50,440 nucleotides of DNA from a virus (Duplodnaviria > Caudoviricetes): IMG/VR virus record IMGVR_UViG_3300033388_005055, positions 1 to 50,440 of that record. One strand, written 5' to 3'. The notes under the pieces were generated by a model that was not told where the DNA came from, made no database searches, and worked only from the letters and a program-made list of their open reading frames with translations. Numbering within the stretch: position 1 is the stretch's first letter; every line of letters starts with the position of its first letter. Made by a program: the position numbers and the translations under genes. Shown here piece by piece: positions 1 through 7,825 of this stretch.

Positions 1-114
1 ATGGATCTCCATATAAAAAAATGACAAACAGTATAATGAATGTGACTATGAGCTACTGTCCTTTATGTGGTGTAAAATCATGACCTTCGCAGAAAAACTA
101 ATTGAATACCGGAA
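1..114. repeat. Terminal direct repeat, left copy (circular assembly overlap)
   Basis: 1-114 is identical to 50327-50440; ORFs read through the junction. Confidence 0.95.
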
Positions 115-265
115 AACTCGGGGGTGGAAAGATATTGTCCCTATCTCCGAATACACCGGAATTTCTAAAGAGAATCTATGGGCATGGGAAGCAGGGAGAA
201 GAATTCCTCCCGATTATGTTCAGTACTTATTATTCAGAGAATTGGATCGGGTGGGGTTGCCATGA
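80..265 (+). CDS. XRE-family HTH DNA-binding protein
   Basis: MTFAEKLIEYRKTRGW..ISEYTGISKENLWAWEAGRRIP is an XRE HTH pattern; ATG80 overlaps the upstream TGA (ATGA). Confidence 0.8.
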   Translation: MTFAEKLIEYRKTRGWKDIVPISEYTGISKENLWAWEAGRRIPPDYVQYLLFRELDRVGLP

Positions 266-444
266 TAGATTCAGTATTTAATTTTATTTACAAAAGAATA
301 GGTCAGAATGAATGTGTACCGTCTGAAAAGAATAAAAAAAAAGCTGAAGGTTGTTTTAATGCAATAAATGATTATGGGAAAGAACCAACCGAAACAGCCT
401 GTAAAAGATGTTGGAGAGAATTTTTGGAAGAAGGTGAATCATGA
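262..444 (+). CDS. Hypothetical protein (Cys-containing)
   Basis: ATG262 coupled to the upstream stop; C..C..CKRC. Confidence 0.6.
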   Translation: MIDSVFNFIYKRIGQNECVPSEKNKKKAEGCFNAINDYGKEPTETACKRCWREFLEEGES

Positions 445-557
445 AAAAATCAATCACATGGAAACTGTTCACCCGTCTTAAAGGCTGGGCTGAAAAGAAA
501 AAGCATCCTGTTTTGAAAGGGATAGCGTATAGATTGAGAGGTGTGAAGATATGGTAG
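441..557 (+). CDS. Small basic protein (38 aa, not in ORF track)
   Basis: MKKSITWKLFTRLKGWAEKKKHPVLKGIAYRLRGVKIW; overlaps both neighbours. Confidence 0.5.
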   Translation: MKKSITWKLFTRLKGWAEKKKHPVLKGIAYRLRGVKIW

Positions 558-904
558 ATATAGATTTTATTAAGTGGATGTGTGAGAAGACTGAAGGTTT
601 TAAATTTGAACAGGGTGACTTTATTGATGATTGTTATATAAGGACTCCTGCTGGAATGGAGATTGACTTGATTGATTTTGATAATGATCTATGGAAGAAA
701 GATTATTCTCCTCATCTCCTCCAGCGAGCTATAGAAAGTGTTAATAGAACTGGTAATCATTTTATTATTCACGACTGGAATGAAATAACCGTTGAATCAA
801 AACGATACCAAGAAGGAATACAGCAATACATCTTCAAAGATAAACCAGACCAAGCCAAAGAATCAGCCCTTAAATACATCTATGAGCAGGAGAAAAAATT
901 ATGA
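551..904 (+). CDS. Hypothetical protein, paralog of 5739-6107
   Basis: Shares DIxFIKWxCxKTExFK, LLQRAIE and KESALKYIYxQE blocks with 5739-6107. Confidence 0.8.
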   Translation: MVDIDFIKWMCEKTEGFKFEQGDFIDDCYIRTPAGMEIDLIDFDNDLWKKDYSPHLLQRAIESVNRTGNHFIIHDWNEITVESKRYQEGIQQYIFKDKPDQAKESALKYIYEQEKKL

Positions 905-1221
905 ATAAGAAGATTTATTTATCCGGCGGCATAACCGGAGTCAGAAACTATAAAAAGCATTTTGCGAAAGCTGAAAAGCTATTGATTAAAAAAGGATATG
1001 AAGTTGTCAATCCTGTGACTATGGGAGAAAAAATCGATTTCCCGAAAAATATATCCGCTAAACATCAGTATGCAGTATTCATGAAAGCTGACATAAAAGC
1101 TCTTCTTGATTGTACTCACATCTATCTTTTAAAAGAATGGCATAAATCAAACGGCTCTATGGTCGAGTGTTCTGTCGCTGTCGCTTGTGGTCTTAAAGTC
1201 GTGCATGATGGGGAGGCTTGA
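901..1221 (+). CDS. DUF4406-like nucleoside 2-deoxyribosyltransferase-fold protein
   Basis: KIYLSGGITG...GYEVVNP...DIKALLDCTHIYLLKEWHKSNGSMVE. Confidence 0.8.
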   Translation: MNKKIYLSGGITGVRNYKKHFAKAEKLLIKKGYEVVNPVTMGEKIDFPKNISAKHQYAVFMKADIKALLDCTHIYLLKEWHKSNGSMVECSVAVACGLKVVHDGEA

Positions 1222-1222
1222 T

Positions 1223-1495
1223 GTGGAATGGATAAGCGTTGAAGATAGATTACCAGAGCCTGAAACATTGGTTTGGATAAAAAGAAAAAAAGGCTCAATA
1301 TATTTAGGCTGCAGAAATAACAAGCCGATTACAAACAATCCTGATTTTTCAAGAGATTGCCATTGGAATGGTAATGGTATTTATGAAATAGATGAAAATG
1401 TTTCATGTTGGAATGGTTTAAAATTTCGTTCTAATTTTCAAGATGGGACAGTTGAAAGCTGGATGCCACTACCACCACCACCGGAGAAATCATGA
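1223..1495 (+). CDS. DUF551-like phage protein
   Basis: EWISVEDRLPE...VESWMPLPPPP signature; GTG1223 follows GGGAGG. Confidence 0.8.
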   Translation: MEWISVEDRLPEPETLVWIKRKKGSIYLGCRNNKPITNNPDFSRDCHWNGNGIYEIDENVSCWNGLKFRSNFQDGTVESWMPLPPPPEKS

Positions 1496-2085
1496 AACTA
1501 ACCTTCTACGACATTCTCGGGATAACCTCTGATGCTATTCCCGAAGAGATTAAAAAAGCTTTCAGGGATCTCTCGAAAACTCATCACCCTGATTCGGGTG
1601 GTGATCCGGAGGAATTCCACACAATCCTTAAAGCATATGAAACTCTTATAGATCCCCTATTGAGAGCTGAATATGATAAATACGGGACAGGTAAAGATCA
1701 AATTCTTTCCATAGCTATGACTATTTTTAAAGACATAATGAAATCTAATCCGGTTGACATCTCCTCTTCTCTTGAAAATTCCCGGATAGAAGATATGATT
1801 CAGATTGACAGGGCTATTTCAGGGCTGCAGAAAGAATCGGATAAGATAGGGGATATTATCGGGAGAATTGGAGAAGCTCCGGTCCATGATTTTATCAGGG
1901 AGTCTCTTGAGGGGGAGATGGAGGATATTAAGTTACAAGTCGAACAGTTTGAAGAGAATAAAAAATTGACTCAATCAGCTTATGAAATGTTGGGAGGGTA
2001 TAGCTTTAATATGGGAGAAGGAAGGGTGAACAGGATGATAATAACTAATCGGTTGTATTCTGATCCTGCTGAGTGGATTGTATGA
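1492..2085 (+). CDS. J-domain (DnaJ-like) protein
   Basis: FYDILGI..EEIKKAFRDLSKTHHPD..AYETLIDP..RAEYD with intact HPD; coiled-coil C-terminus. Confidence 0.9.
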   Translation: MKLTFYDILGITSDAIPEEIKKAFRDLSKTHHPDSGGDPEEFHTILKAYETLIDPLLRAEYDKYGTGKDQILSIAMTIFKDIMKSNPVDISSSLENSRIEDMIQIDRAISGLQKESDKIGDIIGRIGEAPVHDFIRESLEGEMEDIKLQVEQFEENKKLTQSAYEMLGGYSFNMGEGRVNRMIITNRLYSDPAEWIV

Positions 2086-2249
2086 CCTGCCTACACTATA
2101 TCAAAAAGACCGGGAAATGCGACATGAGAAGCTGTACATATAACAAACGGGATTCTGATGGGACTTGTATCTGTCAAGGTAAAGATTATACCGGTAGTGG
2201 GAAACAGTCAAAGGCGCAGCATGATTATATGATAAAGAGGATGATGTGA
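2082..2249 (+). CDS. Small Cys-rich protein (55 aa, not in ORF track)
   Basis: [31 protein letters not shown]...; start and stop overlap the neighbours. Confidence 0.55.
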   Translation: MTCLHYIKKTGKCDMRSCTYNKRDSDGTCICQGKDYTGSGKQSKAQHDYMIKRMM

Positions 2250-2482
2250 TGAACAAAAGAACAATAGATAGAAATATAAACATAGCGCTTATAAAAGCTA
2301 AAAATAAGCATCCTAATTTCCCTGAAGATATTATTCATATGGTTGCTATAATGGCTGAAGAATCCGGCGAAGCTGTCAGGGCTGCTTTACAGCTTCATTA
2401 TGAAAATGGTGATATAGAAGATCTTAAACTTGAATTGTATCAAACTGCAGCAATGTGTGTGCGAATACTAGAGAACATTTAA
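2249..2482 (+). CDS. MazG-like all-alpha NTP pyrophosphatase domain protein
   Basis: [14 protein letters not shown]...[18 protein letters not shown] (EExGE...E pattern). Confidence 0.65.
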   Translation: MNKRTIDRNINIALIKAKNKHPNFPEDIIHMVAIMAEESGEAVRAALQLHYENGDIEDLKLELYQTAAMCVRILENI

Positions 2483-2546
2483 AAGCCTCCCCACCTGCAT
2501 CCTTGTAATGCGCGCCATCTTACTGGTGACAGGGAGGCGGGTTTTT
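2481..2546. terminator. Bidirectional terminator-like structure between converging operons
   Basis: GCCTCCC (2485-91) pairs with GGGAGGC (2532-38), with an inner CACC/GGTG helix, flanked by A and T tracts. Confidence 0.6.
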
Positions 2547-2889
2547 AATCCAACAACTTAAGTTTCTCGATCGCTTCATTAATATCATCAACAGCTTTTC
2601 TATACTGATCAATATAAATCTGATATTCTTCTGGAGTGATTAACTTAACCGTTTTCCTGAAATATTGTCCCCAGGCTTTTAACCTGAAAACATCAATCAT
2701 CAATAAATATTCATTGACTGTGATCGGGTCCACATCTTCTAATTGAGACGGCTCCGGCATTGGTGATATTGTCGGCGGTTCTGGATCTACATAAATAATA
2801 ACCGGATCTGAAACACAACTAACTATACTAATTAGACTGATAAATATCACGGACACGAGTAGAAATCTTTTTAAGTTCTTTTTTAACAC
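2545..2889 (-). CDS. Putative o-spanin (lipoprotein)
   Basis: Signal peptide ending SIVS-C, Pro-rich mature part, overlaps the 3' end of the i-spanin candidate. Confidence 0.65.
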   Translation of the reverse strand: MLKKNLKRFLLVSVIFISLISIVSCVSDPVIIYVDPEPPTISPMPEPSQLEDVDPITVNEYLLMIDVFRLKAWGQYFRKTVKLITPEEYQIYIDQYRKAVDDINEAIEKLKLLD

Positions 2890-3157
2890 TCTGTTTTCCC
2901 CTTGCTTTTTCTAAGATATCAACTGAATCATTCATTTTTTTGACAATCTCATTATCTTCAGATTGAAATTGTAACATAGATTCAACCTGCTGTCGTTTTT
3001 CCTGGGATCTGCGGATCTCGTTAGCTAGTGCGATCTGTTCTGCTTTAAGATCTTCTTCGAGAGTTTCTATTTTTTTCTTTTTAAAATAGTTGATAGCTAC
3101 CTGTATTCCGTTGGTGACAATTCCAAGAATGATAGAAATTATTAGGGCTTGGATCAT
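2828..3157 (-). CDS. Putative i-spanin
   Basis: N-terminal TM helix plus coiled coil, in the lysis cassette. Confidence 0.65.
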   Translation of the reverse strand: MIQALIISIILGIVTNGIQVAINYFKKKKIETLEEDLKAEQIALANEIRRSQEKRQQVESMLQFQSEDNEIVKKMNDSVDILEKARGKQSVKKELKKISTRVRDIYQSN

Positions 3158-3381
3158 GATTTTTTACCTAAAAATTCGAATACACCAACTCCGAGAAGTC
3201 CACCACCGACTATCAATATGGTTTTAAAGCAATCTTTAGCTGTTTCAGGATCTTTTATCACTACAAACATGGCAGTCACGCCTAGAGCCAACAAAGCTAC
3301 AAGTCCTATTCCTGATACAATAAATCCAGCGACTCTTTTACTTGATGGATTCCCGTCTTTATCTTCTAATAGTTTACTCAT
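3154..3381 (-). CDS. Putative holin (2 TM)
   Basis: MSKLLEDKDGNPSSKRVAG then two hydrophobic segments and a basic C-terminus; RBS GGAAGGA. Confidence 0.6.
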   Translation of the reverse strand: MSKLLEDKDGNPSSKRVAGFIVSGIGLVALLALGVTAMFVVIKDPETAKDCFKTILIVGGGLLGVGVFEFLGKKS

Positions 3382-3382
3382 A

Positions 3383-3568
3383 TCATCCTTCCTTTTTAAA
3401 CATTCCTGATATTGCATGACTTAGAATACCCAATAAGATACCGACAAACATATATATGACATCCCCGTTCCCGTCTGGGATAGACTGAAAAAATAAACCT
3501 GTCATTGTCCCGGCAAGGAATAAGAGAAGACCTATTATAATAGTCAATTTCATGCTGTTAATTTTCAT
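3383..3568 (-). CDS. Small 2-TM membrane protein (holin/antiholin candidate)
   Basis: Two hydrophobic helices; start coupled to the endolysin stop. Confidence 0.5.
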   Translation of the reverse strand: MKINSMKLTIIIGLLLFLAGTMTGLFFQSIPDGNGDVIYMFVGILLGILSHAISGMFKKEG

Positions 3569-4008
3569 CAAATATCCTTGATCTGAAAATGACAAGGATC
3601 CCAACCATCTTTAAGATTTCCGTCTCCATTCCAATCTGCACCGCCAGTAATTGGAATATTCATTCTATTGCAATATGCCATAAATGCACCTGCAAGATAT
3701 AAGCAGTTTTCACGGTTCCACGATCTCTTCTTATTTATCCATGGGACTAAGTCAACGGCCAATCCTGTCTGATGATATGATTTTTTGTCATACCCGTCAC
3801 ATTTAGAATTCCCTTTTAAAAATAATTCATTCTGCATTTCTGCCGATCTATACCCACCATTCTCTATGACACAAAAATCCATAGGGGTATCGTTGATAAA
3901 ATCTTTTACAGCCTGTACTAATATTCTGGATGATTTTTTACCAGTAATCAGAATAGATTCGAGATTTTCAGTTGTATTTTTACCTAATTTATATTTCATT
4001 ACCGACAT
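3568..4008 (-). CDS. Endolysin, peptidase M15 (L-Ala-D-Glu type)
   Basis: GYRSAEMQ..SYHQTGLAVDL..WDPCHFQ (R, SxH, D, DxxH). Confidence 0.85.
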   Translation of the reverse strand: MSVMKYKLGKNTTENLESILITGKKSSRILVQAVKDFINDTPMDFCVIENGGYRSAEMQNELFLKGNSKCDGYDKKSYHQTGLAVDLVPWINKKRSWNRENCLYLAGAFMAYCNRMNIPITGGADWNGDGNLKDGWDPCHFQIKDI

Positions 4009-4012
4009 CTCC

Positions 4013-4378
4013 TTAATTCTTATTTTTCAACATATGTTTAAGAATTTCTTTAACATCTGTTTTAATTTCTGTTATGGAATTGTCTTGTGATTTCATATGT
4101 TCTTCTATTTTCTTAATATCACCGTCAAGTCTTAGGTCTTGTTTTTCCAAATCAGACACCTTTTTCTCAAGGTCTTTGACTGCCCCGACTGGGACATGAC
4201 ATCGTGAATGCATGTTTTCTATATCTTCTTTTATTTCTTCCATAATATGTGAATGTCTTTTTATTTTTGTATCGAGCTTGTTAATCCACATTGTAAGTTT
4301 CACGGAGATAGCTCCGAATAAAATAAATAATCCTACCGCTGGACCAAACTCTTTAATTATCATTAGAAAATCATACAT
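4013..4378 (-). CDS. N-terminal TM plus coiled-coil protein, first gene of the lysis cassette
   Basis: Hydrophobic residues about 12-32 then heptad pattern. Confidence 0.6.
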   Translation of the reverse strand: MYDFLMIIKEFGPAVGLFILFGAISVKLTMWINKLDTKIKRHSHIMEEIKEDIENMHSRCHVPVGAVKDLEKKVSDLEKQDLRLDGDIKKIEEHMKSQDNSITEIKTDVKEILKHMLKNKN

Positions 4379-4429
4379 TCTGACCTCACTGTTTTCTTAT
4401 CGATATGTATAATTTTAAGCTTATATCTT

Positions 4430-4481
4430 ATTTTGTGCTATATCCTATTTCTTGCAAGTAATAACTCTTTCGGGTTATACT
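4430..4481. promoter_or_regulatory. Divergent promoters sharing a palindromic -35 (CTTGCAAG)
   Basis: Plus strand TTGCAA(4452)-18-TATACT(4476); minus strand TTGCAA-16-CAAAAT(4435-30), weaker. Confidence 0.5.
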
Positions 4482-4518
4482 TGTCTTGTCGGTAGGTAAA
4501 ATACAAGAAGAGGGATAT

Positions 4519-4860
4519 ATGTTAGATAAAGCAGAAAAGTTTTTAATAGTCAGAATAGGAGAAAGACATCCTGAGATACCTAGATCATTAAGAATGAAAT
4601 GGGCTATGAATTATAACCTTGAGAAAGAAAATGAGCATATTTTTAATTCAGATATGTATGATTGTGAAGAAGATAGAGCAATCTCAATGTTTGAAGGGAT
4701 GCCAGAAGCTGAATTGAAAACTATTTCTCTACTCATGTATAAACACCGTGCCGACAAACACGGAGGAGATCATGAAAAACGTATTACAGAACTGGAAGCA
4801 GAGATTTCAGGAGATTCGGAATTACTGGAAATTTCCACAATGGACTGGTGGGTACCGTAA
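4519..4860 (+). CDS. Hypothetical protein
   Basis: RBS GAGGG, ATG4519; overlaps the next gene by 89 nt. Confidence 0.55.
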   Translation: MLDKAEKFLIVRIGERHPEIPRSLRMKWAMNYNLEKENEHIFNSDMYDCEEDRAISMFEGMPEAELKTISLLMYKHRADKHGGDHEKRITELEAEISGDSELLEISTMDWWVP

Positions 4861-5641
4861 TATAAAATATTTAAACATATCGGTTTTTTTTACGATTTGC
4901 GTATTTGGGGCTCTGGAAAAATTAAAATCTTCTGGGGATCCTCAAGTCGCAATTACGTTTTGCGTACCATTTATCATTCTTATATTGTTAAATATTTTTA
5001 TAAATCATTCATTTATAGATAGATTATCAAATATTATTTTAACTGTTCTTACTGTATTACTTGTACCATACGGAAATATGACGGGGCTTTTATTCTTTAT
5101 ATTCATCCTATTCTCAATAAAAGATAAAGTTGATTATTACACTTATGGAACGATTCTTTTAATAAGTGTCGTTATTTCTGGATTAAAACAGAATGTATCT
5201 GTAATCCAAATAGTTGTAATATTGATTGGATATTCATTTTTAGTAGGAAAATATATTTTTACAATCCACAAACCCACCACCGAACTAAAAGCCCTACTTC
5301 AATTCAAAGATTCAATAATATCCAATCTTACTACTAAACTTGAGATCCTGGGTGCTCCTGAGTTTTTAACTGATGACCAATTATTAAATAAATATCACTG
5401 GCTTGAATACTCCGGTGAAGATCTATACAGGAAAATTAAAGATATCAGGGATATGGGAAACGGCTTTTCAAATCAGGAATTAGCATATAGGAACGGAGTT
5501 GAACCGGATACTCAGAGTAAAAACTTGAAAAGATTAAAAAAAGAAATAGGCAGGGAAACGGGGATTGATATATTAAACAACACCCATTTAGTAAAGATAT
5601 GCATAGAATTAGGTATTATACAGGCAAGTATTAGACCGTAG
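4772..5641 (+). CDS. Multi-pass membrane protein with C-terminal LuxR/GerE-type HTH
   Basis: About 5-6 TM segments, then GFSNQELAYRNGVEPDTQSKNLKRLKKEIG...NNTHLVKICIELGII; RBS GGAGGA. Confidence 0.75.
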   Translation: MKNVLQNWKQRFQEIRNYWKFPQWTGGYRNIKYLNISVFFTICVFGALEKLKSSGDPQVAITFCVPFIILILLNIFINHSFIDRLSNIILTVLTVLLVPYGNMTGLLFFIFILFSIKDKVDYYTYGTILLISVVISGLKQNVSVIQIVVILIGYSFLVGKYIFTIHKPTTELKALLQFKDSIISNLTTKLEILGAPEFLTDDQLLNKYHWLEYSGEDLYRKIKDIRDMGNGFSNQELAYRNGVEPDTQSKNLKRLKKEIGRETGIDILNNTHLVKICIELGIIQASIRP

Positions 5642-5688
5642 GGATAATAAAGCTAATTAGTAAACTATACTATAATCAACTTATCGAC

Positions 5689-5729
5689 AGCCCCCAACCC
5701 GTGATGTGATCGGGGAAGGGGTTATTTTT
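5689..5729 (+). terminator. Intrinsic terminator candidate
   Basis: AGCCCC/GGGGTT with inner CCCG/CGGG, followed by ATTTTT. Confidence 0.5.
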
Positions 5730-5738
5730 ATTAGATTT

Positions 5739-6107
5739 TCATTTTGTTTCTTGATCATAAATGTATTTGAGGGCTGATTCTTTTGAATTATCAATTTCTT
5801 TAGATGATGCATGTAGATTACCATCTGAATCATTATAATCGAATATTTCAATATCTTTCCCTGTATCAACATTATGAATACATACAGAATACGGGTTTAT
5901 TTGAATGAAATAACACGTATCATCACTTTGGTTTATTTCCTCAATAGCTCGCTGAAGGAGGAAGGATTCTTGCATTTCATAGAAAGGAGAATCTTTTCTA
6001 ATCCATATACCCTTGAATGTTAGGTAATATTCACCGTCGTGCATTAACTCATATTTAAAATGTTCTGTTTTTGAGCACTTCCACTTAATAAAATTTATAT
6101 CACTCAC
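5739..6107 (-). CDS. Hypothetical protein, paralog of 551-904
   Basis: Same three conserved blocks as 551-904. Confidence 0.8.
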   Translation of the reverse strand: MSDINFIKWKCSKTEHFKYELMHDGEYYLTFKGIWIRKDSPFYEMQESFLLQRAIEEINQSDDTCYFIQINPYSVCIHNVDTGKDIEIFDYNDSDGNLHASSKEIDNSKESALKYIYDQETK

Positions 6108-6313
6108 AAAAAAGCCTCAAGCATCCCAGAAATAACCATAAAAACTACAAGCAGAGCCCCGAACATAATACATCCGTAAACAATCATCTCACTATCCTGA
6201 TGATTCTGATCTCTTCTAGTACCGCCCCTCTTCAAGTCTTCTTTCAAATATTTCCATTTCATCGGTTTCCTCCTGTTCTTCAATTTCCCCATTATATTCC
6301 TTAAACTCTTCAC
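6104..6313 (-). CDS. Hypothetical protein with C-terminal TM helix
   Basis: Basic N-terminus, hydrophobic C-terminus, coupled to the next gene. Confidence 0.55.
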   Translation of the reverse strand: MKSLRNIMGKLKNRRKPMKWKYLKEDLKRGGTRRDQNHQDSEMIVYGCIMFGALLVVFMVISGMLEAFL

Positions 6314-6355
6314 AGCATCCGCACCCGTTGCAGTCTGAGCATTGGTAAGAGTGGC

Positions 6356-6577
6356 TCATTTGTCAGCCTTCAAGGATTTTAACCATTCCCTTACATGAGT
6401 GCAATTTTTACAGTCTGCTCCTTCTCCGTCGCACCTGTCGCAGGGGTCTGTTATAATGGTAGCCTTTTTATCAACCATAGGAATCCAAGCAAGAGATTTA
6501 ATTTTACTGCATTTTTTCCTCATGCTATCGTTGCATCTCCCGTTATTTTCAGTCCTTCGGCAATTATTGCAATTCAT
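6356..6577 (-). CDS. Cys-rich (Zn-binding) hypothetical protein
   Basis: CNNC..C..C and CDRC..CKNC. Confidence 0.6.
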   Translation of the reverse strand: MNCNNCRRTENNGRCNDSMRKKCSKIKSLAWIPMVDKKATIITDPCDRCDGEGADCKNCTHVREWLKSLKADK

Positions 6578-6636
6578 TTTATACCACCCCGTTCTAGTTT
6601 TAATTTCTCATTCATAAACATTCTCTCCTTTCCTAA

Positions 6637-6692
6637 AGCATACTACACCTTATTTATATTGACAAGGTATTTTCTATGGTTTATTATGGTAA
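6637..6692. promoter_or_regulatory. Back-to-back sigma70 promoters sharing TTGACAA
   Basis: Plus strand TTGACA(6659)-17-TATTAT(6682); minus strand TTGTCA(6665)-17-TATGCT(6642); TATGGT repeated at 6675 and 6685. Confidence 0.75.
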
Positions 6693-6707
6693 ATATAAGG
6701 AGTATTT

Positions 6708-6926
6708 ATGGCAAAAGATAAAGTAAAATACACTGTTACTTTTCCTGAAAAGATTTCGAATATGATCGATGAGATGTCAGAAAAAGATAGTGTTTCTAAA
6801 CCTGAAATAATGAGGAGGGCTATTTCTTTGTATTGGTACATTCAGAATGAAGTCGAGCCATCAGGAAACAAAATCTGTATTGTCGGGAGTGATGACAAAA
6901 TAATCAAAGAGGTGGTTTTTAGATGA
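6708..6926 (+). CDS. Ribbon-helix-helix (CopG-like) regulator
   Basis: KYTVTFPEKISNMIDEMSEKDSVSKPEIMRRAISLY. Confidence 0.8.
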   Translation: MAKDKVKYTVTFPEKISNMIDEMSEKDSVSKPEIMRRAISLYWYIQNEVEPSGNKICIVGSDDKIIKEVVFR

Positions 6927-7147
6927 GCAAAACTAATGATGGTGGTAATGTTTATCCAGTACACGAAAGGGTATATGTCGGAGATGGAATTCATGAAGAT
7001 AAATATCATGATGGAATGTCGCTCCGTGATTATTTTGCAGGGCAGGCTATAAGTGGGAATATCAACAAGGGAACTGGTATAGCTGAAACAATTGCAGAGG
7101 ATGCCTACAAAGTAGCCGACGCAATGCTAAAAGAGAGGGACAAATGA
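6923..7147 (+). CDS. Conserved small phage protein (GMSLRDYFA family)
   Basis: DGGNVYP...GMSLRDYFAGQA...AYKVADAMLKER. Confidence 0.75.
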   Translation: MSKTNDGGNVYPVHERVYVGDGIHEDKYHDGMSLRDYFAGQAISGNINKGTGIAETIAEDAYKVADAMLKERDK

Positions 7148-7281
7148 CGGAGCATGAAGCATGGAAAAAAGAAATTACTAAAGTCCAAAAAGGTAATGAT
7201 AGATTATTTATTGTGGCTATTGTTTTGATCGTGGTAAATATTAGTCTGTTTATCGTTAGAATTGTAATGAAAGGAGCTTAA
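7144..7281 (+). CDS. Small single-TM protein (45 aa, not in ORF track)
   Basis: ATG7144 coupled to the upstream stop; LFIVAIVLIVVNISLFIV. Confidence 0.55.
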   Translation: MTEHEAWKKEITKVQKGNDRLFIVAIVLIVVNISLFIVRIVMKGA

Positions 7282-7284
7282 CAA

Positions 7285-7494
7285 ATGAGCGGAAAGAAGA
7301 CTAAGAGTTATCGAAAGACTGCTGAGAAGGAAGTCGAAAAGAAATACACATCGATCGTAGACGATGCTCACAAGAAATTTATTTCCGATATTCTCGCTAT
7401 GCCTAAACGGGATAGATGGAAATTTGGGTGGTTGGTTATCCGTGGGATTAACCCTTGGGAATGGTCAAGGAAACAGGTAGAGGGGGAAGTGTGA
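7285..7494 (+). CDS. Hypothetical basic protein
   Basis: RBS AAGGAG; fits the operon. Confidence 0.6.
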   Translation: MSGKKTKSYRKTAEKEVEKKYTSIVDDAHKKFISDILAMPKRDRWKFGWLVIRGINPWEWSRKQVEGEV

Positions 7495-7778
7495 TAATAG
7501 CAATAGATTATGATGGGACAATTACAGAAGATATTAATCTGTTTTCTCAAATAGTAAGTCTAATGAAAAAATCAGGACATAAACCAATAATTGTTACTAT
7601 GAGATATACCCATGAAGAGGATAATACTTTGAATGCAATTTTACAGAAAAACAGTTGGGATGTTCCTGTCTATTATACTGGACGTAAAGCAAAAAGAGAT
7701 TTTATGTTTAATCTGGGAATCCTTGTTGATATATGGATCGATGATAGACCAGATTGGATACTTGAAGACTCTCTATAA
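7491..7778 (+). CDS. HAD-superfamily phosphatase-like protein
   Basis: IAIDYDGTI (DxDxT), VTMR, K, IWIDD. Confidence 0.8.
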   Translation: MIIAIDYDGTITEDINLFSQIVSLMKKSGHKPIIVTMRYTHEEDNTLNAILQKNSWDVPVYYTGRKAKRDFMFNLGILVDIWIDDRPDWILEDSL

Positions 7779-7780
7779 CT

Positions 7781-7809
7781 AAAAAAATCCCCGCTCTCGA
7801 TAAGCGGGG
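7781..7809. terminator. Hairpin with A-tract (minus-strand terminator geometry)
   Basis: A7 then CCCCGCT-7-AGCGGGG. Confidence 0.45.
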
Positions 7810-7825
7810 CAAAGGAAGAATAATT

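Noticed and set aside
1-114. 114-bp end repeat as a biological terminal repeat
   Set aside because: It falls across two coupled genes with no special structure; a circular assembly overlap is the simpler explanation
4519-4860. Second J-domain (HRADKHGGD resembling HPDKxGGD)
   Set aside because: HPD is absent, and the segment overlaps the RBS and start of the next gene, which constrains it
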